DNA of 64,000 nucleotides from Flaccisagitta enflata (Eukaryota): NCBI GenBank assembly GCA_965153355.1, contig OZ231126.1, positions 13,144,001 to 13,208,000 of the forward strand, read 5' to 3'. Shown piece by piece: positions 43,270 to 52,963 of this stretch (position 1 is its first letter; each line of letters starts with the position of its first letter). The notes under the pieces were generated by a model. It saw only the letters and a program-made list of their open reading frames with translations, ran no database searches and was not told where the DNA came from. The position numbers and the translations under genes were made by a program.

Positions 43270-45344
43270 TATTGATCAGTTGGATGATCTAGATATCGAT
43301 CTGCTTGTGCAAGAACCAAAGCTTCAAGTGCTTCACGTAGCAAAATTTGAGAGAATACTTTCTTACTGGAAATATAAATGAAGGTATGATAATCCTGAGT
43401 TGCCTAAAAAATCAATGAGAATGAAAAATGTTGTCAATTTAAATGTCAGTAATTTGTTTAAGATAACCATGACTTTATTAGACCAGATGGTCCAAACAAA
43501 ACCTAACAAAAAGCTTACCTATAACGTTAAAAAAACGGATGTCAAATTTTATTGAGTAGAGCAATTTGTAATGAATATTAGTCATATTTCTAAGTACATA
43601 ATGCAAATCAGATCCTACTAAAGGCCAAAAAAAAGAAAGATGGGCGATTTTTTAGAAAAGAATAATAGGAAAAGTTCTAAAATTTACCCCCGCATACTGG
43701 ATAAACAGGAAAAACTTATAAAAAATCTTTAACTCAATAAAGTCAATCATGTTGATTTTTGGATGACCCATCATTTTTGCAAGTTGGGCAAGGGCAGTTA
43801 TCTTTGGAAATCAACACTATTCCTAAAATCGTGTTTGAAAAATGGTTTAAGCAGCAAGGGGATACCCAAAATCTATTCATCTTTTATTATGAAAACTTTG
43901 GTGAAATAACCCTCATTAGATATTTCGAAAGTATTTCTTCAATGAAATATTGATTGGGTTCAATTTTCATACAAACAAGACAACAATAACTTAACAGAAT
44001 AATCGTTTATTTCCGCTTACTTACTACAACCTAAGTTTTCATGTTGAGTGGTTTCTATTTGAAAATGTGGTGCAAAGATGTGATGTGGATGCGCATCGGA
44101 GAAAATATTATCTGAAAACAGTTCCCAACAGCATTTTGTGTCCTCTATCACATATATGTGAATCGCGTGTAAATACTATTTATCTTATGTATATAAAACT
44201 CAATTTCATGAATTAATTCACACGCAATTTAGATGTTTTTCTACGATAGATCTCAGTGATTTGAACGTGTTGCGTGTCCGGTCTCTAGTTTAAGGACCTT
44301 CCTACTAAGACACACAACAGAGGGACTACAGTCTTATAGATGCGCACTATTTCACATCTCTGAAAAAATAAGTTTGCAAAGAAATAATAGAGGCGCTATC
44401 CTGTTTCCCAACGTGTCAGCAAACAAGAATTCGACTAAACATACACCAGGCACCAGGCAACGCTTTAATTTCTATTTTTTTTATTCTCTACTTTTGCCTT
44501 TCTTCTGTTCTCTATTCTTATCTCTTTCAGGCTGTTTTTGGGGAGCGGTCCCAAAGGACCAATTAAGTGTCCTGTCTACCACAGGGGTGAATTAACATGC
44601 ATCCGTATCTTCTCCCATTCTTCCACACATCCCTGAGCTTCTGATGCCTATATAAATCCCTCTCAGGCCACAATGTGGCACTCTCAGACCTAAAATTAGC
44701 TCAAGCAAGAAATTGGCGCTCTGTATGCATTTTCAAACCAAAATGGCTAACCGCAGTTTTAACTAAGCCCTCCCATAGCTTATATCTCCCCCCTGTGTAT
44801 CAATAAGGCCTGCAATTCCAACTACGGCAGGATGGAAGGATGTATGGACTTTAAAAAATTCATCTGTGTTCTACACAGCATCAGCCCTCTAGGGCCACTG
44901 CCTTGCTATCACTCTACAACTCCGGATCATCCCTCAAAGCAGGGCAGCGACTACCGCGATCTTTCTGTCCCTATCTCTAAAGTCCCAAAAAAAGCCTCAT
45001 AGACCCCCGAATACAGTCTTTCCAGCCATAGGGCCTTGAATTTGGTCTTCTTGGCCTCAATAATTTCTAAATTGCATGAAAGTACAAACACGAACAATGA
45101 GTTTTGGAAATGGATTCAAAATTTAACCATCAAAATCAGTTCAAGGTGTAAAATAGTATCAATTTTCATCATTCATTATTCATCATAAATATGGCAATAT
45201 TCCGGTTCATTGAATCAATTTAGTTTCCGTCAACTTCTCCTATCCAAGACGAAGCCCAGACCTCGGTATAAATCTGTAGGTGCTGGCGTTTTCTTGGAAT
45301 CCGCGTGCGTTTTTCATTGGCCTAAGAATTAAGAATAGAATAAA

Positions 45345-46855
45345 TTACCGCCTACATGTGACAAATGTCGCTCTAAAAAAGACGATTTTCATTTCACTAT
45401 GTTGACAGCAGTAGAAAATCTTTGTACCATCGATCCTACCCGGAATCGCATAACTATGTGGGCGACGCTTTGACCTGGAGCCATGAAGTCGACGTTCTAC
45501 AGGGACGCAGTGGCTCTTTTCACACTGCGGAGTGACAAGGGAAAAGCAATCAATGCGGGACAACTAATATTAACAACATTAACAACAACGGACTCACAAA
45601 AGCGCCACATTTAACGTGTATCAAAATCAAGAACGCGCAAACATATGAACAAAGGCAGAGACATTGAACCAAAACAGTTTGCATATAGACTCACTATTCC
45701 ATTTCCGCAGCAATCTTTACTGGTAAAGCAATCGTCTCCAGCTTCTTGGCATGGTTGTACCCTTGAACAAACTCCGCCATCACACTGTTAGAAAAGAGCG
45801 CATTATCGTTGGTTCTGACTTCCCTGCATTGCAAATGAAACTTTGATCTAGATTATAACCAAGAGCCAAAACTTACCATAGTGTCCCAACAGCAATCAGA
45901 TGTCGTTCTGCACAAATCACCAATCTTCTTGCAAGTACAAAATCCATCTATGCACTGTATAGAAAAACAACGAAACCATAGAAAAATACATATTACAGTA
46001 TCCGTCATGTCATGGGGGGGGGGGAAATGATGAGATAATCACAAAAATCTACCTGAAATCCTGTACCCGGACACGTTAAAAAAAAATCAAATGCATTTCG
46101 AAGAATATGGTATCAATAACGTGTGTACAAGATTGTTGAACTTACCTTGTAGCCCCGGCAGCATCCCGCTACTGGGTGGCATGTTTCGTTTCTGCGTCCA
46201 CAAAGGTCAGGAGGAGTCGGCGACCAGGGAGGAAGATCTTTCACCCTCCACGCAGCCCTGGCCACAACTTCAGGTGGTTGAACCCTTGAACAAACTCCGC
46301 CATCACACTGTTAGAAAAGAGCGCATTATCGTTGGTTCTGACTTCCCTGCATTGCAAATGAAACTTTAATCTAGATTATAATCAAGAGCCAAAACTTACC
46401 ATAGTGTCCCAACAGCAATCAGATGTCGTTCTGCACAAATCACCAATTTTCTTGCAAGTACAAAATCCATCAATGCACTGTATAGAAAAAACCACGAAAC
46501 CATAGAAAAATACATATTACAGTATCGGTCATGTCATGGGGGGGGGGGGAATGATGAGATAATCACAAAAATCTACCTGAAATTGTGTACCCGGACACGT
46601 TCAAAAAAATTAAAATGCATTTCGAAGAATATGGCATCAATAACTTGTGTACAAGATCGCTGAACTTACCTTGTAGCCCCGGCAGCATCCCGCTACTGGG
46701 TGGCATGTTTCGTTTCTGCGTCCACAAAGTTTCGGCGACCAGGGAGGAAGATCTTTCACCCTCCACGCAGCCCTGGCCAAAACTTCAGCGGTATTCTCCT
46801 CCACTTCGCCCTTTTTGATGTCCTCACTAGAGTGTAAAAACAAGTGATGCGGGGT

Positions 46856-46924
<69 letters not shown>

Positions 46925-46994
46925 CAGACATATGCACAGACAATCGAACACACAGTCCAGACAGGAAAGCGTTAATAACGAAAATAGTAACATC

Positions 46995-47088
<94 letters not shown>

Positions 47089-47330
47089 TAAATTGTTTTT
47101 TGAATCCGACTCTCTGGTCCCGATCATCATGATTTTTTGCATTGTTGCGACGCTAGCTATCCCATCAAATCATTTCCACATAAAATTAGCTTTGGATCAG
47201 CTGTTAAGCGTATCAGCGTATCAGCTTTTAATAATGTACGTATGTCATTAATTTGCATGATCACATGGATCACTTACCAAGAGACTCCGACAAAAACTCC
47301 GACAATCGCCAAAAACGCGATTAACTTCAT
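45345..47330 (-). CDS. Secreted multi-knottin (ICK-like) precursor, 5 cystine-knot modules (A-B-A-B-C), ~265 aa if the last exon is unspliced
   Basis: Exons 47330-47278, 46826-46670, 46477-46400, 46307-46146, 45954-45877, 45784-45695, 45524-45345, all GT-AG and in frame: MKLIAFLAIVGVFVGVSC-EDIKKGEVEENTAEVLARAAWR-VKDLPPWSPKL-CGRRNETCHPVAGCCRGYKCIDGFC-T-CKKIGDLCRTTSDCCWDTMCDGGVC-...-CQEAGDDCFTSKDCCGNGICEKSHC... The 3' end is uncertain. Confidence 0.88.
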
Positions 47331-47898
47331 TTTCGCGTTTTCCGAAGGAAAAAATCGCGATTATTCGAAACCAAAATTAATTCTCGCGTTCAGATTCTTT
47401 TTCCAGATCTGAACGAGTTGAAGTTATTGATTGTGTTCCGTTGCTTAGCGACGAGTTTGTTGATAAACATTCGTAGACGAAAAAAATCGCGACGCGCTAT
47501 GATCGAATCGGATTGAAGTCGCCAAAATGGAGATGATATCTTTCGGAACATTGATTGTGAGGTTCGCTGCCTGGTTTCGAACTCCGCTTTATCAGTAACA
47601 GAATAAGATAAATGTAAAAGACTGCTCCCTGAATGTCATTAGAGAATTGACATAAGCAACTACATATAGCTGCATCTAATTACATCTAGCTATATCATAT
47701 AAAAATACGTGACAGAACGCGAAAAGCTCCACTCTGCAACTGAAGACAAGATTTACCAGTAAAGGTGGCTAATCGCCGACCGGAAGTCGTTAATGGGAGT
47801 TTTTTTCCAGTGCATGTTCTTGTGAGTGCATCTCATGACTGCAATTCTGTTTTTGTTATTCAATTTACAGGTGTCTATTCTTTCTCTCAGTCTTCCTA

Positions 47899-48110
47899 AC
47901 AGGGTGTGCAAAATTATCCGGACTTGGCAGTTAATTTTCTTAAAAACCATGTAGAAAAAAAGGCTTTTGAATGCAAGAGGGGTAGATATGAAAAAGTGTC
48001 CTTTTAGCATTCAAAACCAAAATTCACAGATAATAAAAAAGTCAAAAACAAAATTTTTTGGGTAAATTTGACTCACTTAAAACACTCCCTTAAAAGATTC
48101 ATTAAAAAAC
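47899..48110. mobile_element. Truncated copy of the 9413-10007 MITE at the inner end of the left arm
   Basis: TA|ACAGGGTGTGCAAAATTATCCGGACTTG followed by ~200 bp matching 9413-9625; the right arm has the uninterrupted site. Confidence 0.85.
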
Positions 48111-48444
48111 AAGCCCAAGAGGGCAACAGTCGCGTGCGTCTGGAAATGACAAACAAAAGAGCAAGAAAATGTTGAAATGTTATGAATGTTGAAAAAGGTT
48201 AAAAGGTGTTAAAATTGCCACAAATCCGTCGTCACTACTATTCCGGTTAGCAAGAAAGGGAGCGAGTGGGCACAAGCTTCAACTCATCACTTCGCTGGTC
48301 CGTCGGCGCCTCGCCCCGCTGACGTCATTGGTGGCGATGTTACGATGGACGTCAAGAGTCACGTCCTTCAAAGTTCAAAGTCGGAACCGATTCCCGCCGA
48401 CGCAATGATGGACGTCAAGACTCAAGAGTTACGTCTTCCAAGTG

Positions 48445-49242
48445 ATGGATCGATTCCAACTTCCAGTCATCTATCAAAACCTCTACGATTCTCTCCTCTC
48501 CGTTGCGACGCTTTCGCGTTCCGCGGAGACCACCTTAAGCATTTATCATTATCTTGCGGCGTTGGACAATGCCGTCAGTTACGCCGTTGTCATGCTGCAA
48601 TTACAAGACATTTCCACGGAGATGTGGGAATATTTCTTCGTCGTCATCGAGCCTTATCGTTTCCTTTTAGAAGAGACACGCCGTTTCATCAATGGACAGT
48701 CGCCATTTCATTTGATGCATTTACCAAAACTTTTCCTCTACGACGCTGCCTTCGCCACTGAGCAAGAGTCTCACGCCACTACGACGATGGGCGGCCAGGA
48801 GGAGGATGAAAGTGGTGGTGGTGTTGACATTAGCCTAAGAGAAAGTGGCGGCGTCGGCGTTCTCGATGGTGGAGGCGGCGGCCATTATGGTGGCGGCAGA
48901 AGCTTTGGATGCGGTGGTGATGTTGATTGCCGAGTCGCGCACAAGGCATCAACGGAAGATCAACATCGTCCTTTCCATTTGGATCTCCTCACCACTCACT
49001 TGGAATCCAATTACAACGACGGCGATAAAGAAAGGACCCAGTCGCTGTTGCAAAGATTAGAACGGAAAAAAGAAAATATCATGAAGTTGGATGAAGAATT
49101 TCGATTTTTGTTTTTTAGTCGCGTGCACGCGACTCTACAACCCGCTTTGTCGGTCCATCAGTCCGTCTATCCGTCCGTCCATCTGTCGGTACGTCCGTCG
49201 GTCTGTCGATCTGTCACACTTTACTTTTTTATTATACTTTAA
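48445..49242 (+). CDS. Intronless ORF of unknown function in the palindrome spacer; 3' end runs into a dispersed repeat at ~49111
   Basis: ~222 non-repetitive open codons in GC/CpG-rich sequence (MDRFQLPVIYQNLYDSLLSVATL...); helical-looking N-half, Gly-rich linker, charged C-part. No family recognised. Confidence 0.45.
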   Translation: MDRFQLPVIYQNLYDSLLSVATLSRSAETTLSIYHYLAALDNAVSYAVVMLQLQDISTEMWEYFFVVIEPYRFLLEETRRFINGQSPFHLMHLPKLFLYDAAFATEQESHATTTMGGQEEDESGGGVDISLRESGGVGVLDGGGGGHYGGGRSFGCGGDVDCRVAHKASTEDQHRPFHLDLLTTHLESNYNDGDKERTQSLLQRLERKKENIMKLDEEFRFLFFSRVHATLQPALSVHQSVYPSVHLSVRPSVCRSVTLYFFIIL

Positions 49243-49616
49243 GTTATTTCTAGTCATTCTAAGACATTTTTAGTCATTCTAAGTCATTCCAAGTCTTTTT
49301 AAGTAATTTAAGTTATTTCAAGTCACTTAAGTCAAATAGGTCAAAGTAGTCATTTCATTCATTTTAGGTCTTTTTAAGACGGCAAGTCCCCCAGAAAAAA
49401 CAGCAAACGCTTCAGCCTACTTTAAGTTAGATACGGCGTCATAAATCCCCTCATTTATGTTTTCTTCGGTCAAGTAGTCACTGTCTGCACTTATTGAGCT
49501 AATATACACCTCAACATAGCCTCTAAAGGGTGATTTGATAGACAATATATATGAAAAAAGCAGCAGAAATAGTGGCATTTTTGTGAAAAACCGTCGACAT
49601 TTGACCTGAAATGATC

Positions 49617-49626
49617 NNNNNNNNNN
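49617..49626. other. Assembly gap (10 N)
   Basis: Run of ten N between the two inverted arms. Confidence 0.99.
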
Positions 49627-49929
49627 TTGGAAGACGCATTCCAAAATGATGTGGTTGCTGGTGAGCAATTGAGATGATATGAAATATTTGAGTGGGTAAC
49701 GGACGGATATGACTCCTTCTTGAGATGCTATGACGCACTAAAAATGATGTAGTGGTTATGACATTGGAGACGGATAAGTGAATATTCGAGGTAGGGTAAG
49801 GATGACAGATCTTTATAGAGACAAAAGAGATTTACTCCAAAATGATGGGTGGTTGGCAGATGATTGGAGATGGATATACATTCAAGGTAGGTAATGATGA
49901 CAGGACTTATAGAGATGAGGACGCACTAT

Positions 49930-49992
<63 letters not shown>

Positions 49993-50114
49993 TAGAAGAC
50001 AGAAAGACAGAGACAGAGACAGAGAGAGAGAGAGTGTGAGAGAGAGAGAGAGATATATATATATATGAAGAGAGATAGAGGAGAGAGAGAGAAAGAGAGA
50101 GAGAGGAGTATAGA

Positions 50115-50178
<64 letters not shown>

Positions 50179-50713
50179 GACATAGGAAGACTGAGAGAAA
50201 GAATAGGCACCTGTAAATTAAATAACAAAAACAGACATGCAGTCATTAGATGCACTCACAGAAGAACATGCACTGGAAAAAAAAAAACTCCCATTCACGA
50301 CTTTTTTTCCGGTCGACGATTAGCCACCTTTACTGGTAAATCTTGTCTTCAATTGCAGAGTGGAGCTTTTCGCGTTCTGTCACGTATTTTCATATGATAT
50401 AGCTAGATGTAATTAGATGTAGTTGCTTATGTCAATTCTCTAATGACATTCAGGGAGCAGTCTTTTACATTTATCTTATTCTGTTACTGATAATGTTCCG
50501 AAAGATATCATCTCCATTTTAGCGACTACAATCCGATTCGATCATAGCGCGTCGCGATTTTTTTCGTCTACGAATGTTTATCAACAAACTCGTCGCTAAG
50601 CAACGGAACACAATCATTAACTTCAACTCGTTCAGATCTGAAAAAAGAATCTGAACGCGAGAATTAATTTTGGTTTCGAATAATCGCGATTTTTTCCTTC
50701 GGAAAACGCGAAA

Positions 50714-50966
50714 ATGAAGTTAATCGCGTTTTTGGCGATTGTCGGAGTTTTTGTCGGAGTCTCTTGGTAAGTGATCCATGTGATCATGCAAATTAATGAC
50801 ATACGTACACTATTAAAAGCTGATACGCTGATACGCTTAACAACTGATCCAAAGCTAGTTTTATGTGGAAATGATTTGATGGGGTAGCTAGCATCGCAAA
50901 AATGCAAAAAATCATGATGATCGGAACCAGAGAGTCGCATTTAAAAAACAATTTATGTTGTTGTTT

Positions 50967-51054
<88 letters not shown>

Positions 51055-51136
51055 GTTGTTGTTGTTGTTGTTGTTGGTGTTACTATTTTCGTTATTAACG
51101 CTTTCCTGTCTGGACTGTGCGTTCGATTGTCTGTGC

Positions 51137-51184
<48 letters not shown>

Positions 51185-52963
51185 ACCCCGCATTACTTGT
51201 TTTTACACTCTAGTGAGGACATCAAAAAGGGCGAAGTGGAGGAGAATACTGCTAAAGTTTTGGCCAGGGCTGCGAGGAGGGTGAAAGATATTCCTCCCTG
51301 GGGTCCGACTCCTCCTGACCTTTGTGGAGGCAGAAACGAATCATGCCACCCAGTAGCGGGATGCTGCCGGGGCTACAATGTAAGTTCAGCGATCTTGTAT
51401 ACACGTTATTGATACCATATTCTTCGAAATGCATTTGAATTTTTTGAACGTGTCCGGGTACAGGATTTTAGGTAGATTTTTGTGATTATCTCATCATTTC
51501 CCCCCCCCCATGACATGACCGATATTGCGCAAAATATAATATGTATTTTTCTATGGTTTTGTGGTTTTTCTATACAGTGCATTGATGGAATTTGTACTTG
51601 CAAGCGCATTGGTGATTTGTGCAGAGCGACATCTGATTGCTGTTGGGACACTATGGTAAGTTTTGGCTCTTGGTTATAATCTAGATCAAAGTTTCATTTG
51701 CAATGCAGGGAAGTCAGAACCAACGATAATGCACTCTTTTCTAACAGTGTGATGGCGGAGTTTGTTCAAGAGTACAACCATGCCAAGAAGCTGGAGACTA
51801 TTGCTTAACCAGTAAAGAATGCTGCGGAAATGGAATAGTGAGTGGATATGAAACTGTTTTGGTTCAATGTCTCTACCCTCTGCCTTTGTTCATATGTTTA
51901 CGCATTCTTAATTTTGATACACGATAAATGTGGCGCTTTTGTGATTCCGTGGTTGTTAATATTAGTTGTCCTGCATTGATTGCTTTTCCCTTGTCATTCT
52001 GCAGTGTGAAAAGCGCCGCTGCGTCCCTGTAGAACGTCAAGTTTTGGCCAGGGCTGCGAGGAGGGTAAAAGATTTTCCTCCCTGGTCGCCGACTCCTCCT
52101 GACCTTTGTGGAGGCAGAAACGAATCATGCCACCCAGTAGCGGGATGCTGCCGGGGCTACAATGTAAGTTCAGCGATCTTGTACACACATTACTGATACC
52201 ATATTCTTCGAAATGCATTTGAATTTTTTGAACGTGTACGGGTACAGGATTTTAGGTAGATTTTTGTGATTATCTCATCATATCCCCCCCCCCCATGACA
52301 TAACCGATACTGCAGAAAATATAATATGTATTTTTCTATGGTTTCGTGGTATTTCTATACAGTGCATTGATGGAATTTGTACTTGCAAGCGCATTGGTGA
52401 TTTATGCAGAACGACATCTGATTGCTGTTGGGACACTATGGTAAGTTTTGGCTCTTGGTTAAAATCTAGATCAAAGTTTCATTTGCAATGCAGGGAAGTC
52501 AGAACCAACGATAATGCGCTCTTTTCTAACAGTGTGATGGCGGAGTTTGTTCAAGGGTACAACCATGCCAAGAAGCTGGAGACGATTGCTTTACCAGTAA
52601 AGATTGCTGCGGAAATGGAATAGTGAGTCGATATGAAACTGTTTTGGTTCAATGTCTCTACCCTCTGCCTTTGTTCATATGTTTGCGCGTTCTTAATTTT
52701 GATACACGTTAAATGAGGCGCTTTTGTGATTCCGTGGTTGTTAATATTAGTTGTCCCGCATTGATTGCTTTTCCCTTGTCACTCCGCAGTGTGAAAAGCG
52801 CCGCTGCGTCCCTGTAGAACGTCATGGCTCCAGGTCAAAGCGTCGCCCACATCGTTATGCGATTCCGGGTAGGATCGATGGTACAAAGATTTTCTACTGC
52901 TGTCAACATAATGAAATGAAAATCGTCTTTTTTAGATCGACATTTGTCACATGTAGGCGGTAA
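50714..52963 (+). CDS. Secreted multi-knottin (ICK-like) precursor, 6 cystine-knot modules (A-B-C-A-B-C), ~295 aa if the last exon is unspliced
   Basis: Exons 50714-50766, 51214-51379, 51578-51655, 51748-51837, 52005-52163, 52363-52440, 52533-52622, 52790-52963, all GT-AG and in frame: signal MKLIAFLAIVGVFVGVSC, acidic pro-piece ending RAARR, then CGGRNESCHPVAGCCRGYNCIDGIC / CKRIGDLCRATSDCCWDTMCDGGVC / CQEAGDYCLTSKECCGNGICEKRRC, then VLARAARR and a second triplet. The 3' end is uncertain. Confidence 0.9.

Noticed and set aside
47137-47412. ORFs of 91 and 102 aa conserved in both arms (also 50632-50940)
   Set aside because: Antisense shadows of the knottin signal-peptide exon; their conservation just reflects the duplication.
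49420-49525. Exon-like segment GYVEVYISSISADSDYLTEENINEGIYDAVSNLK on - next to the gap
   Set aside because: Isolated, adjacent to the assembly gap, no recognisable family.
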